NCBI GenBank assembly: GCA_963849325.1
Contig: CAWKHF010000003.1
Span: forward strand, 119,283 to 183,282
Source: an uncultured Planctomycetota bacterium
Lineage (GTDB): Bacteria > Planctomycetota > Planctomycetia > Gemmatales > Gemmataceae
DNA length: 64,000 nucleotides
Reading direction: 5' to 3'
Both the position numbers and the translations under genes were made by a program. Position 1 is the stretch's first letter. Every line of letters begins with the position of its first letter. The notes below the pieces were generated by a model. It searched no databases and was not told the DNA's origin. It saw only the letters and a list, made by a program, of their open reading frames with translations. Shown piece after piece: positions 1 to 9,151 of this stretch.

Positions 1-10
1 CTGGAAGGGA

Positions 11-1446
11 TTGGCCCAATCGCTGCTTCTGCAAGACGCCGGGCAGCGCGGCGATGTCGCGGCCGTGTGGGCGCTGCTGGACGAGGCGGACGTCTGGCGC
101 GGCTTGCGCGCGCCGCCGTCCTTTGTGCTGCGGACCCTGGAAAGTATCCTCGTCGCCCAGCCGGCCCATCCCGGTTGGCGGAACGGTCTGTCTCGCTGGC
201 TGTCGTTATGGGACTTGGCCGCGCTCGGCCCGGCGGGGGCGAGGTTGGCGACGCACGCCGGTCGGACGACGGTGCGCGGCGACACGGTGGAACCGCCGCC
301 GAGTGTCCCGGCAGTGCCCTGGCTCTTGCACCAGGCGGCGCGAGCGCTGGGCCGCGACGACGCCGTCGAAGCGCTCGTCTTCACGCGCCGCGCGCTCGCC
401 CTCGATCCGGAACTCGCCACCGTGCCCGTGGCGCGCGTGGTGCGCGAGGCCGTGCCGGAGCTGGAACATCGTGCCCGCGCCCAGCGCCTGGCCGCCGTCG
501 CGTCCGCGGCGGACGAAAAGGACTCATCTCCCAGCAGCACGTTCGCTGGTGCCGTCGAGGCGCTGGCCGAGCTGCCCGAGGGAGCGGCGGTGCTCGACGC
601 CCTGACGAACGGCGACCTCGACGCCGCTCGCGTCCGGCTCGATGCGCTGAGCGAACGGCCGCACTTGCCGCCGCGCCTGGCCCATCATCTCGCCCTGCTG
701 ATGCAGCGCGGCGCCGCCGGCCTGGAGGAACGCGAGGAGACCGACAGGGCCGAACCGTACTGGCGGCGGGCCTGGTTGTGCTGGCTGCGCTTTCTCACCA
801 CCGCCGAAGCCGACGCTCGGCGCATCGTTCTCGACGGACTTCTGCGACAACACCGTCATCGCGTCAACGACCTGTTGGCCCGCAATGCCGTCGATGCCGC
901 TCGCCGCCATTGGGATCTCGTGCGTGAATCGCCGGTCCAGGCCGGCCCAATCGAGGACGGGCTGGGGCACGATCTGGCGGAGCGCGTCGAGCGGTTCCGC
1001 GAAGAACTGGCGACGGAGTATCTGTTGACCACGCGCGAGGCGATGCGCTTCGGGGTCATCCCGGAAGGATGTCGGGCCGACTACGAGAAGGGACTGGGCT
1101 ACCTGCGCCGTCTGCTCAGCCTGGATCGCGACAACGTCCGCTTGCTGGCCGCTCTGGTCGAGATCTGCAACGACTGGTTTCTCGACCTATATCACCTGGG
1201 CGACGCGGCGGCGCTGCGGCGCAGGTTGAGCGCTTCACGCCGTTCGCCCTGCAGTTGGCGCGACGCATCGACGATCACCCCGGCGAGCTGTCGGCCCGCG
1301 CGGCCCTGTCGGATTTCTGGAAGTTTCGCGGCTTCCTCAGCCCCGACCGCGAGCACAAGATCGCTCTGTACCGCGAGGCGTTACGCTTCAACCCGGCCAA
1401 CAACAACGTCCGCGACCTGCTGGCCAAACGAAGTGCTGAGTTCTGA
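11..1446 (+). CDS. Helical/TPR-like hypothetical protein (5' end probably outside window; frameshift near 1222)
   Basis: ORF 11..1453 turns implausible after about 1220. The alternate frame (ORF 1069..1446) gives a TPR-like end, IALYREALRFNPANNNVRDLL; an earlier TPR-like segment is FTRRALALDPELA. Confidence 0.6.
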
Positions 1447-1480
1447 GTTCTGAGTTCTGAGTGAAGACAGAACTCAGAAT
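1433..1480. repeat. Heptamer tandem repeat (TTCTGAG)n with partial inverted copy
   Basis: gctgagttctgagttctgagttctgagtgaagacagaactcagaat; same unit at 9990-10052. Confidence 0.85.
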
Positions 1481-1502
1481 CCGCAAAGAGAGGACGTCAC
1501 CG

Positions 1503-1931
1503 ATGCCCGCCAATCCGTTCGAGGTCCTGCGTCTGGACCCCTCCGCGACCGAGGAGGAGATCGTGCGCCAGGCCGGACGGCTCCGGCAGCGCGCCACCGA
1601 CGAGACGGCGCGAAACGCCATCCGTCACGCCGTGCAGGCGCTAACCGCCCATCCCGAGGATCGGCTACGGTTGGCCCTGTGGACCCACCCGGCGCCGCGC
1701 CATCACTGGCCGGCGCTGGAAGGTCTGGTCGCCGCCTTCCAACGTCCGCCGATCGCCGACGCGGACCCCTGTCCGACCCTCGATGTGGAAGAGTTCAGAG
1801 ACCTTCTTAAGTCTTTATCCGCCGAGGAACTCGAGTTGCCCCCTCTGCCTTTCGAGCTGATCGGGGCCGACGAGGAGGGCGAGGAAATCCACCGGCAATC
1901 GGCGGAGGCGATGTGGCAGAGCTTGCTTTAG
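1503..1931 (+). CDS. J-domain-like small protein (no canonical HPD)
   Basis: N-terminus NPFEVLRLDPSATEEEIVRQ resembles DnaJ helices I-II; AGGA precedes ATG 1503. Confidence 0.55.
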   Translation: MPANPFEVLRLDPSATEEEIVRQAGRLRQRATDETARNAIRHAVQALTAHPEDRLRLALWTHPAPRHHWPALEGLVAAFQRPPIADADPCPTLDVEEFRDLLKSLSAEELELPPLPFELIGADEEGEEIHRQSAEAMWQSLL

Positions 1932-2028
1932 AGGCACTAACCAAATAGGCGAGCGGGGGGCGTAAGCCCCCTGTTGACGGCGAAAAACAGGGGGCTTACG
2001 CCCCCCGCTCGCCAAAAAGTTACAGCTT
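1930..2028. mobile_element. 99-bp MITE/REPIN-like palindromic element, copy 1
   Basis: 28-bp perfect inverted arms (GGCGAGCGGGGGGCGTAAGCCCCCTGTT) with conserved asymmetric flanks; near-identical copy at 54472-54570. Confidence 0.85.
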
Positions 2029-2104
2029 GCTTTCCGACTCCTGGGCGTGAGAAGGCAGTCGGCGCAAGAAAATCTACGTTGTGCGGATTTCTTTCTTGCT
2101 GAAG

Positions 2105-2250
2105 AATGAAAAAACGGTTAAGAAAGAGGTGTTGGCACGGGGTAAGGCTGAGACTCGCAAATCAGCCAATCCCCGTGCCACGTGTGGGAGGTGTGAATGT
2201 GCGGGAAGTCCTACTGAAAGGGCTGGGACTCGCTACCAACCCTTCTGTCT
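2105..2250 (-). ncRNA. Candidate sigma54-dependent small RNA
   Basis: Downstream of a consensus sigma54 site. Two hairpins (2218-2244, 2133-2180), a C-rich linker, a U-run at 2109-2114, and no ATG-initiated ORF. Confidence 0.45.
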
Positions 2251-2258
2251 AAGAGAAT

Positions 2259-2275
2259 TGCAACCATCGTGCCAA
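2259..2275 (-). promoter_or_regulatory. sigma54 (-24/-12) promoter
   Basis: Minus strand reads TTGGCACGATGGTTGCA, matching YTGGCACG-N4-TTGCW exactly, in an AT-rich intergenic region. Confidence 0.75.
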
Positions 2276-2687
2276 TTCTCGGCCGTCATCCACACCTTCC
2301 CACCCTCTCTTCCTAAGTTCTCTGGAATTCGGCATTTCTGCCTGATAGCTTCGTGTTTCGCCTTGCTCGGTCTCCCTTGTTCCATTTTGCTCCAGCCCGT
2401 CAATGCGCTGTTTTGACACATCCCGGTGCTTCATTTTGCGGAAAGTGTTTCATTTTCATCTTCTCCACGCCACCCGAACGCACGCCAGAGGACACGGACG
2501 GCACGAACGGATACTGTCAAAATGGATAGTGCTCCCTTGTACTTCCGGCTCCGCGTCGAGATTTGTGAAAGATCCCGCGAGGTAGACGCCTACTCGTGAT
2601 AAAGCGCCTGGAACGGAAAAGCGCCTCTTTCCAGCCGAGCCTTCCGCGACCAGGCGGCTTGTGAACACGATCCTTGTCGGGAGTGGA

Positions 2688-3371
2688 ATGATGCCCTTGC
2701 GTCGTCCCGCGCTCAGCATCGAACAGATCCTCATCTGGGCGGATGTCCACCGTAAACAGCGGGGCAAGTGGCCAACCTCGCGCAGCGGCGTGGTGCGCGG
2801 CGGCTGTGGAGAGAAGTGGTGGAACATCAACGAGGCCTTGATCCACGGCTGGCGCGGCCTGCCCGGCGGCGATACGCTGCCGCGTCTGCTGGCGCGTTAC
2901 CGAGGCTGCCGCAACCCGCGCGGCCAGGCGCCGCTGGCGGCGGAACAGGTACTGGCCTGGGCGGACGCTTACCGTCAGCGAACCGGCCGCTGGCCCAGCG
3001 CGACCGGCCAGCCGATTCCGGAAGCGTCCGGGCTCACCTGGCGGGCCATCAATCTGGCCCTGACGCGGGGCCACCGCGGCCTGCCGGGCGGCACGTCGCT
3101 GGCCAAACTCCTGAGACAGCATCGAGGAGGATCATCTGGCAGGGGCCAGCCAACCCTGACGGTCGGGCAGGTGCTGGCCTGGGCCAAGGCCCACCGAGGA
3201 CGCACGGGACGCTGGCCCTCGGCCGCTTCGGGAGCGATCTCCGAAGCGCCAACCAATACCTGGATGGCGGTCAACGCGGCGCTGTGTCATGGCAACCGCG
3301 GACTTCCGGGCGGCATGTCGCTCGCGCGCTTGCTGCGCGATCTGACCGGCCACCGAGGCCGGGCCGGGTGA
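2688..3371 (+). CDS. Hypothetical protein made of three ~73-aa repeats
   Basis: Three copies of L..xQ[IV]LxWA..H/Y..RxGxWP...G......W...NxAL..GxRGLPGG..L.[RK]LL. Confidence 0.8.
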   Translation: MMPLRRPALSIEQILIWADVHRKQRGKWPTSRSGVVRGGCGEKWWNINEALIHGWRGLPGGDTLPRLLARYRGCRNPRGQAPLAAEQVLAWADAYRQRTGRWPSATGQPIPEASGLTWRAINLALTRGHRGLPGGTSLAKLLRQHRGGSSGRGQPTLTVGQVLAWAKAHRGRTGRWPSAASGAISEAPTNTWMAVNAALCHGNRGLPGGMSLARLLRDLTGHRGRAG

Positions 3372-3430
3372 TCTCCGCACGCCGCAAGCGGCTTGCGGGA
3401 CCGATTATGACAAAAAAATCATTTTTTTGG

Positions 3431-3459
3431 TTGCATCGAGCCGGACTCTGTCGTACACT
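3431..3459 (+). promoter_or_regulatory. sigma70-type promoter of the DUF1559 operon
   Basis: TTGCAT-N17-TACACT about 80 bp upstream of ATG 3541. Confidence 0.55.
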
Positions 3460-3540
3460 CACACTCGACTCGACTCGTTTCGTTAGTTCTCATCCCATTT
3501 CAGGCCGGAAGGCCGGACACACTCTGTGGCGAGGAATGTC

Positions 3541-4467
3541 ATGTTCCAACGTTTCCGCAACGCGCATCGTTCCGCGTTCACCCTGATCGAGTTGCTGGTG
3601 GTGATCGCCATCATTGCCATCCTGATCGGGCTGCTGCTGCCGGCCGTGCAGAAAGTGCGCGAGGCTGCTTCCCGCAGCCGGTGCAGCAACAACATGAAGC
3701 AACTCAGCCTCGCCATCCAGAACCTCAACGACACCTATGGCGTCCTGCCGCCGCTGGATGCCCCCGATGCCGTCACGGCCATCCCCTCCGGGGCGTTCGC
3801 CGGCAAGAACTACACCCTCCAGGGCTTCATGCTCCCCTTCCTTGAGCAGGGCAATATTTACAATCAGATGAGCTTAGCCGGCTATGCGGGCGGACAGTAC
3901 ATGCGCGTGATCAAAACGTTCCTCTGTTCCTCGGACCCCAGCACGACCAACGGAATGTGCATGACCTCGAACGGCGGCGCCAACGGCTGGGCCGCCTGCA
4001 ATTACGTGGCGAACGCTTACGTGTTCGCCAACGTGCCGGCCGGCAATGGCGCGACCGGCGCGGCGCGCATCCCGGCCACGTTCATCGACGGCACCTCCAA
4101 CACAATCGTTTTCACCGAGGCGTACGGCACCTGCGGCAAAAGCGGTGGCAATGTGAATGCCGGCAGTGAGTACGGAACCCTCTGGGCCGACTCCAACAGC
4201 GTATGGCGTCCCTCCTTCAACTTTACCTATGGAAGCACCAAGGGGACCATCTCCACCACGTATGCGCCCACCACGCGGTTGTTCCAGGTCCAGCCCAACT
4301 ACTCCACCACCTGCGACATCAACCTCCCGAACTCGCCGCACAACTCCGGCATCATGGCCGGCGTCGGCGACGGCAGCGTGCGTTTTATCAGCCAGAGCAT
4401 CACGGTGACGACGTGGGCTCGGGCCTGCGACCCACGCGACGGCAATCCCCTGGCCAGCGATTGGTGA
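3541..4467 (+). CDS. DUF1559 domain protein with prepilin-type N-terminal cleavage/methylation motif
   Basis: AFTLIELLVVIAIIAILIGLLLPAVQKVREAA; DGTSNTI; C-terminal HNSG..AG.GDGSVRF. Confidence 0.95.
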   Translation: MFQRFRNAHRSAFTLIELLVVIAIIAILIGLLLPAVQKVREAASRSRCSNNMKQLSLAIQNLNDTYGVLPPLDAPDAVTAIPSGAFAGKNYTLQGFMLPFLEQGNIYNQMSLAGYAGGQYMRVIKTFLCSSDPSTTNGMCMTSNGGANGWAACNYVANAYVFANVPAGNGATGAARIPATFIDGTSNTIVFTEAYGTCGKSGGNVNAGSEYGTLWADSNSVWRPSFNFTYGSTKGTISTTYAPTTRLFQVQPNYSTTCDINLPNSPHNSGIMAGVGDGSVRFISQSITVTTWARACDPRDGNPLASDW

Positions 4468-4556
4468 GTACGTCTGCTCCGGAGGGCGGCTCGCGGGCCG
4501 CCCTCTGTCCTTCCCGGATCGGAATACCTCACCGATTCTTCCGCAGGTGCCAGACC

Positions 4557-5006
4557 ATGCTCCGAATCGATCCCTATGCCGCCAGGAGGATTGTGCTCGC
4601 GGTGGTCTTGCCGTCGGGCCTGCTCTTGGCCCTCGGTTGCCAGCGGCCAGGAGACCTGCCGTCCACTTACCCGGCCAGCGGCAAGGTCGCGTACACGGAT
4701 GGTCAGCCCGTGCAGGGGGGGAGCATCGAGTTCACCCCTTCCGCGGCCGACGCCACGTTCGCGGTGACGGGCCAGATTGAAGACAACGGCAATTACACGC
4801 TGCACACCTTCAAGGGCAACCAGAAGTTTTCCGGCGCCGCCGAGGGCCAGTATCAGGTGACCATCCTCCCGCCGCAAACGACCGACCATCAGACGGTGCG
4901 GCCCATCACCCTGCCCGGACTCTTCACGATCACGGCGGGCGAGAACAAGTTCCCGACGTTCACCATCCCGCGGCCGCCGAAGCGGACTGGTACGTCGCCC
5001 CGTTAG
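4557..5006 (+). CDS. Lipoprotein partner of DUF1559 (carboxypeptidase-regulatory-like domain)
   Basis: Lipobox LALGC; YPASGKV..DGQPV.GG.I.F.P; GA.EG.Y.VTI; typical position after DUF1559. Confidence 0.8.
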   Translation: MLRIDPYAARRIVLAVVLPSGLLLALGCQRPGDLPSTYPASGKVAYTDGQPVQGGSIEFTPSAADATFAVTGQIEDNGNYTLHTFKGNQKFSGAAEGQYQVTILPPQTTDHQTVRPITLPGLFTITAGENKFPTFTIPRPPKRTGTSPR

Positions 5007-5023
5007 GGCGTTAGGAACGATTT

Positions 5024-5089
5024 CCCCACTAGCCCGGAGCGCCAGCGACGGGTGTTTCCGCCCGTCGCTGGCGCTCCGGGCTAGTGGGG
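5024..5089. repeat. REP doublet hairpin (AGCCCGGAGCGCCAGCGACGGG family)
   Basis: Perfect inverted repeat between convergent genes; single half copy at 52302-52323. Confidence 0.85.
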
Positions 5090-5099
5090 AACGAATTAC

Positions 5100-5714
5100 T
5101 TACTCCTTGATTTCGCGCAGACGCAGGTTGCGGAACTCCATCGGCGCGCCCTCGGCTTGAAGACCGATGTACCCCTTGGCCGGCGTCAGCCCGGTCGCCT
5201 CCCACGCCAGCTTGCCGTTGCACCAGAACGTCACCTTGTCTCCCTGGACGCGCACGCGCCATTCGTTCCACTCGCCGGCCGGCTTCTGCAATTCGGGCAC
5301 CTTCTTCGCTCCCTTTGCCGAACTGGTGATCAAACCACCCTCGCCGCCCTTGGCGAGGTTGATCTGGTTGGCGTTGACCTTGCGGCCGCTGCGGATGAAC
5401 AGACCGCTGTTGTAGCGCTCGCGGAGCGCCCGCCACTCCAGGCAAAGCTCGAAGTCGGCGTACTCGTGCTCGGTGGCCAGGTGGGGCGAACCGCCGCCGG
5501 ACAGCGCGATGACGCCTTCTTTCACCTTCCAGTTCGGCGCCTCCGTGGCCCCGTCTTCCTTGCCGCCGCTGAAACGCCAGCCGGTGAAGTCCTTGCCGTT
5601 GAATAAAGGCTTAAAGCCCTCTTCCTTCTCCTTGTCGGCCGCCGAGACGATGGCCGACAACAGCAAGACGGCGAGACCGGTCAGGAGGGAACGAGACGTG
5701 CGCGATGGATTCAT
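5100..5714 (-). CDS. DUF1080 (3-keto-disaccharide hydrolase family) secreted protein
   Basis: Signal peptide; GFKPLFNGKDFTGW; NSGLFIR; GEWN; GYIGLQAEG..MEFRNL. Confidence 0.9.
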   Translation of the reverse strand: MNPSRTSRSLLTGLAVLLLSAIVSAADKEKEEGFKPLFNGKDFTGWRFSGGKEDGATEAPNWKVKEGVIALSGGGSPHLATEHEYADFELCLEWRALRERYNSGLFIRSGRKVNANQINLAKGGEGGLITSSAKGAKKVPELQKPAGEWNEWRVRVQGDKVTFWCNGKLAWEATGLTPAKGYIGLQAEGAPMEFRNLRLREIKE

Positions 5715-5738
5715 GGCGTGGCATCCTTGGCAAAGGGA

Positions 5739-7097
5739 TCAGGAGCGGATCAATTCGCGGATGGGCGCGCCGGTTTCGACCAGCGGGATGGGGCGGCCCT
5801 GGGCGTCGGCGAAGAGGACGCGGCGAGCGTCGATACCGAGATGGTGAAAGACGGTGGCGGCCACGTCCTGCGGGCTGATCGGCCGATCGGCGACGTACTC
5901 GCCGCGCGGCGTGCTGCGGCCGACGACCTGGCCCATGTTCATGCCGCCGCAGCCCATGAGGACGCTGAAGGTGTTGCCCCAATGATCGCGGCCGCCCTCG
6001 GCGTTCATGCGCGGCGTCCGACCGAACTCGCCCATCGCCACCACCAGCGTCTTCTCATACAGGCCGCGCTGAATCAGATCCTCGACCAGCGCGGCGAGGG
6101 CGCGATCCAGCGGCGGGATAAGCCGTTTCGCTCCTTCGGCCGTGGGTAAGCGGCCGGCGGTGCCGTGGTGGTCCCAGGGAACGCAGTTGACGGTGACAAA
6201 AGTGACACCGGCCTCGACCAGCCGTCGGGCCAGCAGGGCGCTCTGGCCGAAGGTGTGCCGGCCGTAGCACTCGCGCACCGCGTCCGGCTCGGCGCCGACG
6301 TCGAAGGCGCCGGCCACCTGCTTGCTCGTCAGCAGGTGGAAAGCCCGCTGGTAATGGGCGTCCCGATCCGCCGTTTGACGCTCGCCCGCCAGGCGGAAGT
6401 GGTCCATCGTTTCGAGCATGTGCCGGCGGTCTTCCAGGCGGCGAAAGGACAGTTCGGGGGCCAGTGACAAGCCCTTGACACGGAAATCCGCCGCGTTGGG
6501 GTCGGACTCAACAATGAAGGGGTTGGCGCCGCCGCCGAGGTAGGCGGCATAGTGGAAGAAGTTATCGGTGCCGCCGCGCAGGTGCGGAACGGCGACGTAA
6601 GGAGGCAGACCGGGCCGATTCGAGCCGCGTAGACGGGCTGTCGCCGAGCCGAGCGACGGCCGGCGCTGCACCTTGAAGTCGGGGACGTTGAAGGCTGGTC
6701 CCTCGAAGCCGGTGAGCATCCAGTGGTTGGACTTGGTGTGATCGCCGGAGCCGTGGTTGACGCTGCGCAGGACCGCGAGCCGATCCGCCACCTTCGCCGT
6801 CCGCGGCAGCAGCTCGCCGAACTGGGCGCCCGGCAGGCGCGTGCGGATGGCGCCGAACGGCCCGCGGAATTGCGCGACCGCCTCGGGCTTGGGATCCCAC
6901 GTCTCCATGTGGCCCGGCCCGCCGCTGAGCCAGAACAGGATGACGCTGGTGTCGCGCCTCGCCGTCGAGCCGGCAGCGCGCAAGCGGCCGAGGTCGGCCA
7001 GCGAGAAACCACCCAGTCCCAGGACGCCGGCCTGGAGGAAGTTGCGGCGCGTCACACCCGAACAATCGGCCGCCGCGCTGCCCACGATCTTCAACAT
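5739..7097 (-). CDS. DUF1501 domain protein (Tat-like signal)
   Basis: TRRNFL; GGPGHMETWDPKP; FGQSALLARRLVEAGV; GEFGRTP; GRDHW. Confidence 0.95.
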   Translation of the reverse strand: MLKIVGSAAADCSGVTRRNFLQAGVLGLGGFSLADLGRLRAAGSTARRDTSVILFWLSGGPGHMETWDPKPEAVAQFRGPFGAIRTRLPGAQFGELLPRTAKVADRLAVLRSVNHGSGDHTKSNHWMLTGFEGPAFNVPDFKVQRRPSLGSATARLRGSNRPGLPPYVAVPHLRGGTDNFFHYAAYLGGGANPFIVESDPNAADFRVKGLSLAPELSFRRLEDRRHMLETMDHFRLAGERQTADRDAHYQRAFHLLTSKQVAGAFDVGAEPDAVRECYGRHTFGQSALLARRLVEAGVTFVTVNCVPWDHHGTAGRLPTAEGAKRLIPPLDRALAALVEDLIQRGLYEKTLVVAMGEFGRTPRMNAEGGRDHWGNTFSVLMGCGGMNMGQVVGRSTPRGEYVADRPISPQDVAATVFHHLGIDARRVLFADAQGRPIPLVETGAPIRELIRS

Positions 7098-7241
7098 CGG
7101 ATGACCCTGCGGGGAAACGGGATTCGGTGGGAGTTTCGACCGACTCAAGCGTACACCGTTTGCCGGCCGTTGTCACGTCCGAAGACCCTCGGTATCGAGG
7201 GTCGAGATGCGTGGGCCGATTCTGGGAGTCCTCTGTCTTTC

Positions 7242-7340
7242 TCCCCTCTCCCCCGCTTCGGGGGAGAGGGGTTGGGGGTGAGGGGGTGGCTCCTCCCCCT
7301 CACCCCCTACCCCTCTCCCCCGCTTCGGGGGAGAGGGGAG
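7242..7340. repeat. CCCCTCTCCCC/GGGGAGAGGGG composite palindromic repeat
   Basis: Two cccctctcccccgcttcgggggagagggg hairpins flanking an inverted gggggtgagggg/cccctcacccc pair. Confidence 0.85.
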
Positions 7341-7486
7341 GAGATCCGTCTAAGTTCTAGAAACCACTCGCGCACCCGAGCGGGCCGATCTTCCCTGGAA
7401 AAACGCGGCCGGCATCCTACAACGAGGGAAAGGTTTTTTGGCGCAACCGAGCGGGTAAACCGCCCGGCACGGCGACGGGATCGGAC

Positions 7487-8890
7487 ATGGCCGAGCGTTA
7501 CGATGTGTTGGTGATCGGAGCGGGGCCAGGCGGCTACGTGGCGGCGATCCGAGCGGCGCAGCTGGGCATGAGCGTGGCCTGCGTCGAGAAGCGCTCGACG
7601 CTGGGCGGCACCTGCCTCAACATCGGCTGCATCCCCAGCAAGGCGCTGCTCCACTCCAGCGAGCTGTACGACCAGGCCAAAACGCACTTCGACAAGCACG
7701 GTATCCAGATCGGCCCGCTCCGTCTCGATCTCGCCGCCATGCTCGGCCGCAAGGACCGCGTCGTCAAGGGGCTTACCGACGGCGTCGCCTTCCTCTTCAA
7801 GAAGAACAAAATCACTTCCTACGTCGGCGGCGGTCGGCTGCTGGGTGAGGGCAAAGTCGCCGTCACCGGCGCCAATGCCGAGGAGATCATTCTCGAAGCG
7901 AAGCATATCCTCCTGGCCACCGGCAGCGAGTCGATCCGTCTGCCCTCGCTGCCTTTTGACGGCACGTCCATCGTCAGCTCCACCGAGGCGTTGTCCTTCG
8001 AGCGCGTGCCGCAGCACCTCATCGTTGTCGGCGGAGGATACATCGGCCTGGAACTGGGTTCAGTATGGAATCGGCTGGGCGCGAAGGTGACGGTGCTGGA
8101 ATTTTTGCCGCGCATTCTGCCGTTGAGCGACGGCGAGATCGCCAACTTGCTGCACCGTTCGCTCCTCAAGCAGGGCTTGACGTTTCATTTGGAAACGAAG
8201 GTCACGGGTGCCGGGTCGCAGGGCGGACAGATGGTCGTCAACGCCACGCACAAGGGCAAGGACGTGCTCTTCCAGGGCGACAAGGTGCTGGTGGCCGTCG
8301 GACGCCGGCCGTACACGACCGGGCTGGGGCTGCGCGAAGTCGGCATCAACTCCGACGAGCGGACGGGCCGGGTGTCCGTGGACGAGAATTTCGAGACGAA
8401 CGTCAAAGGGGTCTTTGCCATCGGCGACCTCATTGAGGGGCCGATGTTGGCCCACAAAGCCGAGGAAGACGGCATCGCCTGCGTCGAGCGCTGGGCCGGC
8501 ATGAAAACGCACGTCAACTACGATACGGTCCCCAGTGCGGTCTACACCTGGCCGGAGGTGGCCAGCGTCGGGCCGACCGAGGAGCAGGTCAAGGCCAGCG
8601 GCCGCGAGTCTCGCGTCGGCCGCTTCCCCTTCACCGCCAACCCGCGAGCGCGCTGCATCGACGAGACCGAGGGGTTGGTCAAGGTGATCGCCGACGCCCG
8701 CACCGACCGCTTGCTGGCCGTACACATCTTCGGTCCCCACGCCTCGGAGTTGATCGCCGAATGCGTCACGGTGATGGAGTTTGCCGGCAGTGCCGAGGAT
8801 ATCGCCCGCATCTGCCACGGCCATCCGACCTTGTCCGAGGCCGTGCGCGAGGCGGCCCTGGCCGTCGATCGTCGCGCCATTCACATCTAG
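7487..8890 (+). CDS. lpdA: Dihydrolipoyl dehydrogenase
   Basis: GAGPGGYVAAIRAAQLG; GGTCLNIGCIPSK redox motif; HPTLSE. Confidence 0.97.
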   Translation: MAERYDVLVIGAGPGGYVAAIRAAQLGMSVACVEKRSTLGGTCLNIGCIPSKALLHSSELYDQAKTHFDKHGIQIGPLRLDLAAMLGRKDRVVKGLTDGVAFLFKKNKITSYVGGGRLLGEGKVAVTGANAEEIILEAKHILLATGSESIRLPSLPFDGTSIVSSTEALSFERVPQHLIVVGGGYIGLELGSVWNRLGAKVTVLEFLPRILPLSDGEIANLLHRSLLKQGLTFHLETKVTGAGSQGGQMVVNATHKGKDVLFQGDKVLVAVGRRPYTTGLGLREVGINSDERTGRVSVDENFETNVKGVFAIGDLIEGPMLAHKAEEDGIACVERWAGMKTHVNYDTVPSAVYTWPEVASVGPTEEQVKASGRESRVGRFPFTANPRARCIDETEGLVKVIADARTDRLLAVHIFGPHASELIAECVTVMEFAGSAEDIARICHGHPTLSEAVREAALAVDRRAIHI

Positions 8891-9151
8891 GTGGTGCCGT
8901 CGCGGAGTCGCGTCGGCCTCACGATCTCCCTCCTACACGTTACATCCTGTGTGGATGTACCTTTTTTCCGAAGCGAAGCGCGAAAAAGACTCAAGACGGG
9001 ATTTCCTTCGCACGTCGAGGCGGTCAGAATGAACCAGTCCCGTTTTCGGCGCGGCCCATCGGGACGGATGCCGGCGTGAAGCCGGCTGATCCGCGCCGAC
9101 AGCGGCGCGGATCACGGCAGGAGTCCGTGCCCGGTCGGTAACGAGACGGCC

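Noticed and set aside
2132-2147. Second sigma54 promoter on + strand (TTGGCACG)
   Set aside because: No TTGC at the -12 position; the motif is one arm of the sRNA hairpin.
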